DNA from: Nitrospira sp.
Lineage (GTDB): Bacteria; UBA10199; SBBF01
Direction: 5' to 3'
Length of the DNA: 51,822 nt
NCBI GenBank assembly: GCA_005240075.1
Contig: SBBF01000083.1
Span: 1-51,822 of the forward strand
The translations under genes and the position numbers were made by a program. A model generated the notes under the pieces. That model saw nothing but the letters and a program-made list of their open reading frames with translations. It was not told the DNA's origin and did not search any database. Below are positions 1 through 9,885 of this stretch, piece after piece (position 1 is the first letter of the stretch; each line of letters opens with the position of its first letter).

Positions 1-15
1 CGGCTTGTGCCTGTT

Positions 16-39
16 CCGTGGGTTGACACCCACGGCTAC
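16..39 (-). repeat. GTAG-type REP-like palindromic element
   Basis: Minus strand reads GTAG-CCGTGGGT-GTCA-ACCCACGG: a GTAG tetranucleotide followed by a perfect 8-bp hairpin. A second hairpin AACCCCC-TTC-GGGGGTT lies at 48-64. Only one copy in the window. Confidence 0.55.
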
Positions 40-179
40 ATTCCTTGAACCCCCTTCGGGGGTTAATTCTCTTGGCAAGGTGAAACTGAGGCATTACATA
101 CGCGGCGCGTCAAGGAGAAACAACACTCCCGGTAAATTGGTCTAAACAATAATCCAAAATATGGTTAGAATATTGGAGT

Positions 180-1337
180 ATGTTCCATAGATTACTTAAA
201 CCATTAAAATCAAACAGTTTTTTTATATTTGGGGCCCGGGGAACCGGTAAGTCCACCTGGATTAAACAGCAATTCACCCAAAACATATTTTTGATCGATT
301 TGCTTAAACCGGAGGTTGAAGACCTCTATAGAAAAACCCCGCAGTTGCTCGAAAAACAAATTCTCTCCACAAACCCAAAACCAGATTGGGTGATTTTAGA
401 CGAAGTTCAACGTTTGCCTAAACTTTTAAACCTTGTCCATTCGCTGATCGAATCTCACCAGATCAAGTTTATCCTGACAGGTTCCAGCGCTCGTAAACTC
501 AAACGAGGACAGGGGAATCTTTTAGCTGGCAGGGCCTATGTCTACCATCTGCATCCGCTCACCACTCTGGAAATGGGGGAATCGTTTGATCTCGATTCTT
601 GTTTGTCGTGGGGAAGCCTCCCTAAAGTGCCGGGACTCGATTCCATTGAGGAAAAAACGGCTTACTTGAATGCCTATGCCCTCACCTATCTGCGGGAAGA
701 AATCCAGATGGAACAAACAGTCCGGAAGCTGGATCCCTTTCGCGATTTTTTGGAAGTAGCGGCGGCTATGAGCGGCTCTATTATCAACTACAATAAAATC
801 GCCAAAGATGTGGGGTGTGACATCAAGACCGTCCAATCCTATTACCAAATCCTCGAAGACACCTGGCTTGGTTTTTATCTGCCGGCCTTCCACAAATCGG
901 TCAGAAAAAGCCAGCGCCTTCATCCCAAATTTTACATTTTTGACCCGGGAGTAAAGAGGGCTCTTGAAAGAAGTCTTGATGCTCCGTTATCCCCAAGCAC
1001 TTCGGCCTATGGCGATGCCTTTGAAAGTTGGGTGATTCTGGAATTTTTCCGTCTCAACGAATATTATCAAAAGAATACCAAACTTTCCTACTTTCAAACT
1101 CATCAAGGGGGGGAAATCGATCTGGTGCTTTCCAAACCCAAAACTCCCCCTGTTCTTGTTGACATCAAGTCGTCTCAAAAAATAGATGAGATTGAGGTCA
1201 ACAAACTTGCCAGACTGGGTGAGGCCTTCAAAACAAACCGGCTTTACTACCTTTCGCGTTGCAAACAGGAAATAAAACATGCGGGGGTTAACTGTTGTTT
1301 TTGGGTAAACGGACTTAATGAAATAATGCAAACTTAA
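180..1337 (+). CDS. AAA+ ATPase with C-terminal DUF4143 / PD-(D/E)xK-like domain (COG1373 type)
   Basis: Walker A GARGTGKS, Walker B VILDEVQ, LTGSS, PKFYIFDPG, C-terminal EIDLV...VDIK. Confidence 0.85.
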   Translation: MFHRLLKPLKSNSFFIFGARGTGKSTWIKQQFTQNIFLIDLLKPEVEDLYRKTPQLLEKQILSTNPKPDWVILDEVQRLPKLLNLVHSLIESHQIKFILTGSSARKLKRGQGNLLAGRAYVYHLHPLTTLEMGESFDLDSCLSWGSLPKVPGLDSIEEKTAYLNAYALTYLREEIQMEQTVRKLDPFRDFLEVAAAMSGSIINYNKIAKDVGCDIKTVQSYYQILEDTWLGFYLPAFHKSVRKSQRLHPKFYIFDPGVKRALERSLDAPLSPSTSAYGDAFESWVILEFFRLNEYYQKNTKLSYFQTHQGGEIDLVLSKPKTPPVLVDIKSSQKIDEIEVNKLARLGEAFKTNRLYYLSRCKQEIKHAGVNCCFWVNGLNEIMQT

Positions 1338-1340
1338 GGT

Positions 1341-2645
1341 TCAATTTAATGGATAAACCACCAGCCCCGAGAGAATTTTGGGATAAAAGTAGGTTGATTT
1401 TTGCGGCATTTTTTCTCCCGCCAGCGCCACGGTTCTCATATCTTGAATACGGGTGGGGTTTAAAAGGAAAGTCAGTTGGCACGATCCCTGACAGGTTTCT
1501 TTAATCGCTCTTCCGGTATCTTTCCAGTAAATCAAATTGGTTTGGTCGGCTAAAGCCTTGGGTGATATTCTTAAAATTTCCTCAAAGATGAGGCGATGCA
1601 AAACGGTCACATCCAGCCCCACCAAAGCTTTGGGAACCGCCGCCGAAACCGGAGAGTTCAACCACTCCCTCCTCCGAATCGACAAAAGATACGATTTTTG
1701 AGGATTTTGGGTGATCATCAAAAAAGCGTGCGAATCCCCCCCTTCATCAGTCATGAGTCTGGCAAGAGAAACCGGATCGTGCGCCGAAACAGGAGTAATT
1801 CGAAAATGTTTTTGAAGCATCAGAATAAATTCATCCAACTGAAAATCGGAGAGATGGTGCAAAGCCCGATGGATTGGAAGAATGATCAGTCCTTTGTCAT
1901 CCATGTTGGAAAAATACATCAGAACATAATCAAAGGGTTTTACCTCCATGCCAGAGGATGTTTTTTGTCGGCATTCGTTCCGGTAGTTCAAGGCCGTTTC
2001 ATACCGGTGATGGCCATCGGCAATAAAGAGGGGGCCTCCTTCCAAAGATTCAGCCACCAGCTTGCAAACCAGAGGATCAGTCTCCTTCCAGAGTTGATGG
2101 CGTTCCCCCTCGACGGTTTTAAAATCAAGAAAAGGGGGGGCATCCTTCAAGCGCCTGACCAAATGATCCACCTTTTTCTCAGAATCGGAATAGAGAGAAA
2201 AAACAGGGGAGAGATTGGCTTGAACCGCTCGGGTCAATTTGAGACGATCCACCTTGGGCCCTTCGAGCGTTTTTTCGTGCGGCTTGATTCCCCCCTCTGA
2301 AAAATCCTCAATTTTTCGAACCGCAAAAAAACCTTTTCGGGTGACTTCACTCCCATCCGGCAATTTAAAAATCTGGTGATGAAAATAAAGAGCCGGCTTT
2401 TCGTCCCGTTTAAGAATATGATTGCGGAGCCACTGCTGGTAGGTTCTTTGAGCGGTCTCATAACGGGCATCCCCCTCCTCCCGGGCCAAATCAACTCGTA
2501 CAAAATTGTAGGGGCTTCGTTGATAAAATTCTTCCTGCATTTCGGGTGAAATCACATCGTAAGGGGGGGTCACCACATCCGAAAATTTGACCCTTTCCTG
2601 ATTATACAACACCCCCTTAAAGGGGAGAATTTTGGACCCACTCAT
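1341..2645 (-). CDS. DUF1015 family protein
   Basis: PFKG...PPYDVIS, IKPHEKT, IADGHHRYETAL and C-terminal MPQKSTYFYPK motifs. Confidence 0.88.
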   Translation of the reverse strand: MSGSKILPFKGVLYNQERVKFSDVVTPPYDVISPEMQEEFYQRSPYNFVRVDLAREEGDARYETAQRTYQQWLRNHILKRDEKPALYFHHQIFKLPDGSEVTRKGFFAVRKIEDFSEGGIKPHEKTLEGPKVDRLKLTRAVQANLSPVFSLYSDSEKKVDHLVRRLKDAPPFLDFKTVEGERHQLWKETDPLVCKLVAESLEGGPLFIADGHHRYETALNYRNECRQKTSSGMEVKPFDYVLMYFSNMDDKGLIILPIHRALHHLSDFQLDEFILMLQKHFRITPVSAHDPVSLARLMTDEGGDSHAFLMITQNPQKSYLLSIRRREWLNSPVSAAVPKALVGLDVTVLHRLIFEEILRISPKALADQTNLIYWKDTGRAIKETCQGSCQLTFLLNPTRIQDMRTVALAGEKMPQKSTYFYPKILSGLVVYPLN

Positions 2646-3259
2646 GATAAATCTCCCAACGGAATATCTCCTTCACGGATTACTTTAATTTTATCAGTAG
2701 AAAGATCTATTATTGTTGATCCTTTTGATTTCTTTAACTGGTCTGAAAACACAATACCGTCGATCTTTTTTCCTATTTGTCTTTCTACTTCACGTCCAGT
2801 TCTGCATGCAGGCTTTCCCGACCGATTGGCACTCGTAGCTGTAATGGCCCCTCCCAATTTTTTGGCCAATCTGCAGGCCACCACGTGTGATGAAACTCGA
2901 ATACCCAACTTGCCGGTTCCTCCTGTCAGAAAAGAGGAAACATTTTTGCGAGACTTCAAAACCAATGTCAGAGGACCGGGCCAGAAAGTTTTTATGATCC
3001 GTTGTTCCCTTTTTCCAACCCCTTTGATCCATTTTTTAATTTGAAGAGAATCACTCAAAATAAGTGCAACCGGTTTTCCATGCTCCCTTTTTTTGACGAA
3101 AAAAATTTTTTTGATCGCCTCCGGATTTCTGGGATCAGCCCCCAATCCATAAAAAGTCTCCGTGGGATAGGCAATCACCCCACCGTTTTTAAGTATTTTG
3201 ACCGCCTCTTGCTCTGTTACCCAAGCGTTTTGTTTTTCTGGACCACTTTTTCTTCGCAT
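2642..3259 (-). CDS. tsaC: L-threonylcarbamoyladenylate synthase (Sua5/YrdC/TsaC)
   Basis: YPTETFYGLG, KxR...KP, FWPGPLT, TSANRSG, STIID. Start is uncertain because it overlaps the purE end. Confidence 0.9.
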   Translation of the reverse strand: MRRKSGPEKQNAWVTEQEAVKILKNGGVIAYPTETFYGLGADPRNPEAIKKIFFVKKREHGKPVALILSDSLQIKKWIKGVGKREQRIIKTFWPGPLTLVLKSRKNVSSFLTGGTGKLGIRVSSHVVACRLAKKLGGAITATSANRSGKPACRTGREVERQIGKKIDGIVFSDQLKKSKGSTIIDLSTDKIKVIREGDIPLGDLS

Positions 3260-3705
3260 TCTTTTCTGAATTTTATAAGTTTCTTCATCAGCGCCTCATC
3301 GTTCAAAGCCAGAATTTCAAGAGCGAGATAGGCCGCATTTTTGGCCCCCCCCTTCCCCACCGCTACACAGGCAACCGGAACACCCGGCGGCATTTGAACA
3401 GTAGAAAGCAACGCATCAACCCCCCCCAACGAGGACCCATCCAACGGAACGCCGATAACCGGAATAACGGTATGCGCCGCCATAGCGCCGGCCAGATGAT
3501 TGGCCATGCCCGCTCCGGCAATAATAATTTTTATTCCCCGATCGATGGCTGTTTTCGCATAGTCGGCGGCTAAATCAGGAGTTCGGTGGGCTGACAAGAT
3601 TCTGGTTTCAGACCCGACCCCAAATTCTTTAAGGATTTTTTGGGCTTCCTCCATTGAAGGGAGATCGCTTTCACTCCCCATGACAATGCCCACGGTTGGT
3701 TTCAT
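3217..3705 (-). CDS. purE: N5-CAIR mutase
   Basis: MGSESD, SAHRTP, AGAGMANHL, VQMPPGVPVA. Confidence 0.96.
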   Translation of the reverse strand: MKPTVGIVMGSESDLPSMEEAQKILKEFGVGSETRILSAHRTPDLAADYAKTAIDRGIKIIIAGAGMANHLAGAMAAHTVIPVIGVPLDGSSLGGVDALLSTVQMPPGVPVACVAVGKGGAKNAAYLALEILALNDEALMKKLIKFRKECEEKVVQKNKTLG

Positions 3706-4973
3706 ATCAATCCCTTCTTTCCAATATCTGTTCTATAATGCACCCCTTCCCACGAAATCTTTTCAACCGCTTTGTAGGTCTTGTCAATCGCATTCTTCAA
3801 GGTCTTGCCCATGGCAGTTACCGCCAAGACACGCCCTCCGTTGGTCACAAAATTCTCCCCCTCAGAACGCGTTCCGGCATGAAAAACGATGACATCTTTC
3901 ATCGACTCAATGAGTTCAAGCCCGGAAATAAGTTTGCCCGTCTCATAAGAGCCAGGATACCCTTGAGCTGTCATCACCACACAAATGGAAGATTGCGATA
4001 AAAATTCTACTTTAAATTTTTCAAGATTTTCGTCCAAAACAGCATCGATTAAATCGATGACGTCGGTTTTCATTCGCATCAAAATGGTTTCAGCTTCCGG
4101 ATCTCCAAACCGACAGTTGAATTCCACTACCCGTGGATCTCCATGATTGATCATCAAACCCACATATAAAATTCCCCTGTAGGGGCGATCTTCCCCCCGC
4201 ATCCCTTTGAGAAAGGGTTTGATGATCCGTTCAATGACTCTTTCATGAACTTCAGGCGTCACGACAGGGGCAGGACTGTAGGCCCCCATGCCGCCGGTAT
4301 TCGGCCCCTCATCGTTGTCAAAGATTCTTTTGTGGTCCTGGGAAGTGGCCAACGGAACAAAATGTTCTCCATCGGTGGCGACCATAAAAGTCGCCTCCTC
4401 CCCCTCCATAAAATCCTCAAAAACAATCTTCCTCCCTGCTTCGCCAAACTTTTCGTAAACCAGCATTTCATCCACAGCCTTCAAAGCTTCATGAAGATTC
4501 TGTACTATGATAACCCCCTTGCCGGCGGCCAAACCATCCGCCTTGATCACCAAAGGATAGCGGGCTTCTTTTTTGAGATATTTTTTGGCTTCCGTCGTAT
4601 TGTTAAAAAAGACAAAAGGGGCTGTGGGGATTCCATGACGGGCGCAGAATTCCTTCGCAAAACATTTGGAGGCTTCAATGACTGCTGCATTTTTCCGGGG
4701 ACCAAATATTTTAAGCCCTTCTTTTTCAAATTCATCGACAATCCCCAAGGTCAAAGGGGCTTCAGGCCCCACAACGGTCAGATCGATATTCTTTTTTTTC
4801 GCAAACTCAACAATCTCCCGGACATTTTGAGGGGCTATGATGACACATTCAGCAAGCTGATCCATCCCGCTATTGCCGGGAATGCAAAAAATTTTTTTGA
4901 CACGGGGGCTTTGGGACAACTTCCAAACCAGCGCATGTTCCCGACCGCCTGAACCGATGACTAAAATTTTCAT
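3702..4973 (-). CDS. purD: Phosphoribosylamine-glycine ligase
   Basis: [54 protein letters not shown]. Confidence 0.97.
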   Translation of the reverse strand: MKILVIGSGGREHALVWKLSQSPRVKKIFCIPGNSGMDQLAECVIIAPQNVREIVEFAKKKNIDLTVVGPEAPLTLGIVDEFEKEGLKIFGPRKNAAVIEASKCFAKEFCARHGIPTAPFVFFNNTTEAKKYLKKEARYPLVIKADGLAAGKGVIIVQNLHEALKAVDEMLVYEKFGEAGRKIVFEDFMEGEEATFMVATDGEHFVPLATSQDHKRIFDNDEGPNTGGMGAYSPAPVVTPEVHERVIERIIKPFLKGMRGEDRPYRGILYVGLMINHGDPRVVEFNCRFGDPEAETILMRMKTDVIDLIDAVLDENLEKFKVEFLSQSSICVVMTAQGYPGSYETGKLISGLELIESMKDVIVFHAGTRSEGENFVTNGGRVLAVTAMGKTLKNAIDKTYKAVEKISWEGVHYRTDIGKKGLI

Positions 4974-5413
4974 CCCGTACTCCCAAACCCGTTGATTGAT
5001 CGTTGGGTGACTCCCAGCTCGGAAACTTCTTCAATCGTCACATGAGCTACAGGAGACACCACCATCTGGGCAATCCGGTCTCCCCTTTTCAATTCCACCG
5101 GCTCCTGCCCCAAATTAATGAGAATAACTTTAATCTCACCCCGGTAGTCGGCATCGATCGTCCCCGGCGCATTCACCAAGGCAATTCCCTTTTGAATCGC
5201 CAGCCCACTACGCGGCCTTACCTGCGCTTCGTAACCCATCGGAAGTTCAATGGCGATTCCTGTCGGAATCAAAGCCCGTCTCCCCGGCTCAAGAATAACC
5301 GGACGATCCAAATCAGCCATCAAATCCAAACCAGCCGCATGAGTACTCTGGTATCGGGGAAGAGGAAGATATTGAGGACTATGGCGAATTCTCCTGACTT
5401 TAAGTGGTATCAT
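4970..5413 (-). CDS. dut: dUTP diphosphatase
   Basis: [36 protein letters not shown]. Start moved to ATG 5413, which overlaps the pgsA stop as ATGA. Confidence 0.95.
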   Translation of the reverse strand: MIPLKVRRIRHSPQYLPLPRYQSTHAAGLDLMADLDRPVILEPGRRALIPTGIAIELPMGYEAQVRPRSGLAIQKGIALVNAPGTIDADYRGEIKVILINLGQEPVELKRGDRIAQMVVSPVAHVTIEEVSELGVTQRSINGFGSTG

Positions 5414-6006
5414 GACCGTTGTTTTCCCACTTGTTTGAAAAACATCATCGTATACTGGACTCCCGAAGTGATGTTGTAGAAAGTAGCTATGACCATGGCG
5501 ACCCACCCCACCGTGTATGAGCTGACTCCATAAATCGGATAATAAAGAAGCAGGGCGGAGAGCCCCACATTAGTCCAAGCTGTTTTCTTTTTTCCCCACT
5601 CCCCCGCTCCGATGATCATCCCTTCCCCTGCCGCTACCCCCCTTAAGCCGGTAATGAAAATTTCACGAAAGAGAAGAAGCGCCACAAACCAGGCAGGAAG
5701 GCGTCCCAGGGGAATCATCAAAATCATCACGGTCATATGGATTAACTTGTCAGCCATCGGATCGACAAATTTTCCAAAAAGATTGACCAGGCCGTAACGA
5801 CGGGCCAGATAACCATCCACCAGATCAGAAACAGCCGCACAAATAAAAATTCCAGCCGCTGTAAAACTCAAAAAACGATTGGTCTGCAATGAATTTTCCG
5901 GACCAATCAGCATCATTAAAATGGCAATGAGGGGGATGACGGCAATGCGAGCAAAGGTCAACAGATTAGGTAATCCTAAAAGAACTTGCCGGTTCAGGGT
6001 GTTCAT
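5410..6006 (-). CDS. pgsA: CDP-diacylglycerol--glycerol-3-phosphate 3-phosphatidyltransferase
   Basis: PNLLTFARI; CDP-alcohol phosphotransferase motif [10 protein letters not shown]...[10 protein letters not shown]; hydrophobic helices. Confidence 0.9.
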   Translation of the reverse strand: MNTLNRQVLLGLPNLLTFARIAVIPLIAILMMLIGPENSLQTNRFLSFTAAGIFICAAVSDLVDGYLARRYGLVNLFGKFVDPMADKLIHMTVMILMIPLGRLPAWFVALLLFREIFITGLRGVAAGEGMIIGAGEWGKKKTAWTNVGLSALLLYYPIYGVSSYTVGWVAMVIATFYNITSGVQYTMMFFKQVGKQRS

Positions 6007-6015
6007 CAGTAGCGG

Positions 6016-6044
6016 TTGACGATAAATGAAGGGATGGTTATTGT
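6016..6044 (+). promoter_or_regulatory. Putative sigma70 promoter of nadB
   Basis: TTGACG-17 nt-TATTGT, ending 10 nt before the GTG start. Confidence 0.5.
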
Positions 6045-6054
6045 CTAGTGAATC

Positions 6055-7674
6055 GTGAAAATCAAAACAGACATTCTTATTATCGGCTCCGGCATCGCTG
6101 GCTTAAGTCTTGCGGTCAAATTGGCCGATCAATTTGAGGTCACGATCATCACAAAACGGGAAGCTGTTGAAACAAATACGTGGTATGCCCAGGGGGGAAT
6201 CGCCGCCGTCCTCTCCTCTGTCGACAATTTTAATTCCCATGTTCAGGACACACTCACCGCAGGGGCCGGTCTTTGCCGTCCTCAAGTCGTCGAAAAAATT
6301 GTGCGCGATGCTCCCCGTCTCATCGAAGAGCTGGTAAGCTGGGGAGTCCAGTTCAGTCGTCAATCCAACAATCAATATGACTTGGGACGTGAGGGGGGGC
6401 ATTCTCAGCGCCGTGTGGTTCATGCAGGAGACATGACAGGCAACGAATTGGAGCGAGTCTTGCTGGATAAGGTGAAAAGTCTTCAGAAGATCCATCTTTT
6501 TGAATTTCATTCTGCCATTGATTTAATTTTGGCCGATAAAATCAGACCGGGAGAGGAAAAGAAATGTCTGGGGGCCTACGTCTACGACAAAAACCGGGAT
6601 GAAATTCATACTTTCGAGGCCAAAGCAACAGTCATCGCAACCGGAGGAGCCGGAAAAGTTTATCTCTACACCAGTAATCCCGATGTAGCGACAGGAGATG
6701 GAATGGCGATGGCCTTCCGGGCAGGGGCCCGAATGATGAATATGGAATTTGTGCAGTTTCATCCCACCTGTCTTTACAATCCGGGGGGATGGGCGCTGGC
6801 CGCCAACCGACCAATTCCGGAGGGAAAAACTTTTCTCATCTCCGAAGCCGTTCGGGGAGAAGGGGGGATCTTGAAACGGACCGACAACACCCCCTTCATG
6901 GAAAAAGTGCACCCCCTTAAAGAACTGGCTCCCCGCGACATTGTGGCCCGTGCCATTGATTTTGAAATGAAGCGGCGTGGAGATCGATATGTCCTGCTCG
7001 ATATCAGTCATAAAGACCCTGCGTTTGTCAGACAAAGATTTCCGAATATTGACGCCACCTGTAAACTTTACGGCTTTGACCTGACCAGCGGGCCGATTCC
7101 GGTGGTGCCGGCAGCCCATTATTTTTGCGGAGGGATTGAGACAAGTCTGGAAGGACGAACCTCACTCGAAGGGCTCTATGCGATTGGAGAAGCGGCCTCA
7201 ACTGGTCTTCATGGAGCCAACAGGCTCGCTTCCAATTCCCTGCTGGAAGCGGTGGCGATGGGGGACTATGCCGCGAAGGAGTTAAAAAACAAACTCCCCA
7301 GAATGAAACAGATGGATCTTGCCATCCCCGATTGGGATCCAGGAAGCGCCGTCTCAACCGACGAAGCGGTCGTGATCACGCAAAACTGGGACGAAATCAG
7401 GCGGTTTATGTGGAATTATGTCGGTATTGTCCGATCGAACAAGCGATTAAAGAGGGCGCAGACCCGAATTAAATTATTGAAAGAGGAAATCAAAGACTAT
7501 TACTGGAATTTCAAAATCAGCTCCGATCTGTTGGAATTAAGAAACATCGCGCAGGTGGCCGAGCTGGTGATTGAATCGGCGCTGAAAAGACAGGAGTCAC
7601 GGGGGTTGCATTACAATCTTGATTATCCAGAAACAGTGGAGAGTGAAAAAAAAGAGACCTTGCTTGTTTCTTGA
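6055..7674 (+). CDS. nadB: L-aspartate oxidase
   Basis: IGSGIAG, YAQGGIAAV, EGGHSQRRVVH, QFHPT, ELAPRDIVARAI, GLHGANRLASNSLLE, ESRGLH. Confidence 0.96.
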   Translation: MKIKTDILIIGSGIAGLSLAVKLADQFEVTIITKREAVETNTWYAQGGIAAVLSSVDNFNSHVQDTLTAGAGLCRPQVVEKIVRDAPRLIEELVSWGVQFSRQSNNQYDLGREGGHSQRRVVHAGDMTGNELERVLLDKVKSLQKIHLFEFHSAIDLILADKIRPGEEKKCLGAYVYDKNRDEIHTFEAKATVIATGGAGKVYLYTSNPDVATGDGMAMAFRAGARMMNMEFVQFHPTCLYNPGGWALAANRPIPEGKTFLISEAVRGEGGILKRTDNTPFMEKVHPLKELAPRDIVARAIDFEMKRRGDRYVLLDISHKDPAFVRQRFPNIDATCKLYGFDLTSGPIPVVPAAHYFCGGIETSLEGRTSLEGLYAIGEAASTGLHGANRLASNSLLEAVAMGDYAAKELKNKLPRMKQMDLAIPDWDPGSAVSTDEAVVITQNWDEIRRFMWNYVGIVRSNKRLKRAQTRIKLLKEEIKDYYWNFKISSDLLELRNIAQVAELVIESALKRQESRGLHYNLDYPETVESEKKETLLVS

Positions 7675-7699
7675 CTACGATTCATATTTTGCCTACAAT
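7671..7699 (+). promoter_or_regulatory. Putative sigma70 promoter upstream of antitoxin remnant
   Basis: TTGACT-17 nt-TACAAT, 9 nt before ATG 7709. Confidence 0.55.
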
Positions 7700-7708
7700 A
7701 GAGGCGTT

Positions 7709-7827
7709 ATGAGCAGGCAAGAAATTCAGTATACAATCCGACACGTTCCCCTCCATTGGACAAGCGTCTCCGAAAAAAAGCTAGGGAAGAAGGGACCAGG
7801 GATGATTCCGAATTCTCACAATTCTAA
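7709..7827 (+). pseudogene. Frameshifted, truncated ribbon-helix-helix (FitA-like) antitoxin remnant
   Basis: MSRQEIQYTIRHVP, then after a 1-nt shift in the C4 run (7748-7751) PPLDKRLRKKAREEG, the RHH strand and helix 1 pattern. Helix 2 and a toxin partner are absent. Confidence 0.6.
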
Positions 7828-7861
7828 AACAGAAATCATTTCAAGTTTCAAAAAATCAGTA

Positions 7862-9820
7862 TCAATCCCTCAAATAAACATTCTGTAACGAGCATCCTCC
7901 ACCTCCCCCTGAAGGGTTCGATTCACGGGATACTGAAGTTTCATCACTCTTCTCCTCAATACAATCAGCCGAGCAACCGTCACCATCGGTTGTGTTGCCA
8001 TCATCGCATTCCTCGCTGGAATCAACCGTTCCATCACCGCAGGCAGGGTTTGATTCGGAACACCCTTCATCCGTGGCGCCATCGCAGTTATCATCCATGC
8101 TGTTGCAGGCTTCCGTGGTTCCGGGATTCACGGAAGAAGAGGCATCGTTGCAATCGTCGTCTGTCGACGCATAACCTGTCTGAGTCGTTGATTCGTCGCA
8201 ATTGAATGAAGTGGCCCCCGTGGAACTGCCATAGCCGTCCCCATCCGAATCGGTATAGAGTTCAAAGGTGTCGGGATCACTATCGCAATCGCTGTCGATC
8301 CCATCGCCACAGGTTTCCGTGGCGCCAGGATAAATAGAGGCATCCGAATCATTGCAATCTTCCGAATGAGTCACACCAACAGACCCGTCCTCTTCCGAGG
8401 GTTGGCTAACAGCATACCGGCTTAAGCTTGAATCCCCATAGCCGTCCCCATCGCTGTCTTTATACCAAAGCGTCTCCGTTTCACAGGAGGCACTGCAGCC
8501 ATCGGCATCGGTCGCATTACCATCGTCGCATGATTCGTTTCCGGTTATGGAGCCATCGCCACAAACCACTTCATAGGCGCCGATGTCGCAGGGGGAGGTT
8601 CGGGTATAACCTCTTTGATCTGACGCAACCGTGCTGCCATCCTTGTCCGTACAGCTTCCGGCATCAATGACAGGACTTCCCGCTGACAGAGCCATGGTCT
8701 GTGTATTCCCTCCATTGTCAGCCAAGTCATCCAGGCCTAAATTATCGGCTGATTGACTCGTGATGTCGGTTCCGGAATTTTCCACTTCAGTCAGAGTACA
8801 GTTGGAAGAAGTGGAAGCGGTGGCTATAAAGTTGTAGCCGTAAGAATTAACGGCTCCGGGAGAATAACATTCGGCTCCATATTCTGTCGCCCCATCTGCA
8901 TTATTTCCTGAAAGAATGGTGTTTTTCAAGTTAATGGTCGTTGTTGACAAACGCCCATAAATTCCCCCTCCATAGGCGTTACCGGTACTGCTGGTTGCCC
9001 TATTCCCTGAAAGGGTGCTGTTGTTCAAAGTCACTGTAACCGTAGACCAGGCAAAAATCCCCCCCCCAAAAGCAGTGATATCACTGCTACTCACCGTATT
9101 CCCTGACACTGTGCTGTTGGTTAGGAGGATGTCAGAACTGCCAGCACCAAAAATGCCTCCCCCATAAGCATAGTATCCACTGCCGCTCGTCACCGCATTT
9201 CCCGAAATGGTGCTTTGGGTCAGATTGATCGTAGAAGAAGCTGCGCCGTAAATTCCTCCTCCGGCGGAATTTGAACTGCTAGAATTGACAGTATTTCCTG
9301 AAATGGTGCTGTTAGTCACCGTAATCGTTGAAGAGGTTCCGGCGGCGATTCCTCCTCCAGGACCGCTCGAAGATTTTCCGTTTTTGATGGTCAAATTTTT
9401 GAAGGTCGCTGTCACACTGGAGGACACATCAAAAATCCGCTCCCCCAAACTTGAGGAGCAGGTCGTCGTCCCCCCGGCTGTCGTGTCTCCACCATCAATG
9501 GTTGTGCCGCTGGTCACATCGCCCGTTATGGTCAGGTTAGCGGAAATGTCCAGATCCCCATTGGTAGTGTCGCTCAAACAAATTGTGGAAATGGATGAGT
9601 CAAAAACAATGGTATCATCCCCATAACTATCGCTAGGCGTACAGTCCATATACGTGGTGGTATCGGCGTTTGCATTTTCAATCGCCTCACGCAAGGTACA
9701 ACCATCTCCCGTAGTCAGGGTGTCAGAACTAGCGCTGACCGTGATCGTTGCCCCCCAGACCCCCTTTGGCAAAAGGGCCAGACCGAGCAAAAGAAACAGC
9801 ACATATTTTATTTTTTTCAT
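7862..9820 (-). CDS. Secreted/surface protein: CSLREA motif, beta-helix repeats, choice-of-anchor-Q-like domain, Myxococcus-type Cys-rich repeats and Asp/Cys metal-binding repeats
   Basis: Signal peptide; GCTLREAI; repeated NSTxSGN...GGGI(Y/F); LADNGGNTQT...DQRG...CDIGAYE; two CGDG...CDDGN...DGCS..C repeats; two DCND....PG..E.C...D..CD repeats; ends GGGGGCSL. Confidence 0.8.
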   Translation of the reverse strand: MKKIKYVLFLLLGLALLPKGVWGATITVSASSDTLTTGDGCTLREAIENANADTTTYMDCTPSDSYGDDTIVFDSSISTICLSDTTNGDLDISANLTITGDVTSGTTIDGGDTTAGGTTTCSSSLGERIFDVSSSVTATFKNLTIKNGKSSSGPGGGIAAGTSSTITVTNSTISGNTVNSSSSNSAGGGIYGAASSTINLTQSTISGNAVTSGSGYYAYGGGIFGAGSSDILLTNSTVSGNTVSSSDITAFGGGIFAWSTVTVTLNNSTLSGNRATSSTGNAYGGGIYGRLSTTTINLKNTILSGNNADGATEYGAECYSPGAVNSYGYNFIATASTSSNCTLTEVENSGTDITSQSADNLGLDDLADNGGNTQTMALSAGSPVIDAGSCTDKDGSTVASDQRGYTRTSPCDIGAYEVVCGDGSITGNESCDDGNATDADGCSASCETETLWYKDSDGDGYGDSSLSRYAVSQPSEEDGSVGVTHSEDCNDSDASIYPGATETCGDGIDSDCDSDPDTFELYTDSDGDGYGSSTGATSFNCDESTTQTGYASTDDDCNDASSSVNPGTTEACNSMDDNCDGATDEGCSESNPACGDGTVDSSEECDDGNTTDGDGCSADCIEEKSDETSVSRESNPSGGGGGCSLQNVYLRD

Positions 9821-9885
9821 GGCATCCTTTCTATTGATATTCTCATTGCCTCTTCATCAAGAGGCATTATGATCATTAGTAAGTA

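Noticed and set aside
7619-7888. 89-aa ORF in the track
   Set aside because: It overlaps nadB and the surface-protein gene; only the MSRQEIQYTIRHVP segment looks real, as part of the frameshifted RHH remnant.
7900-9400. Repetitive DNA in the surface-protein gene as a possible CRISPR array or DGR repeat
   Set aside because: The repeats are degenerate, in frame and explained by protein repeats. No identical repeats with spacers, no cas genes and no reverse transcriptase.
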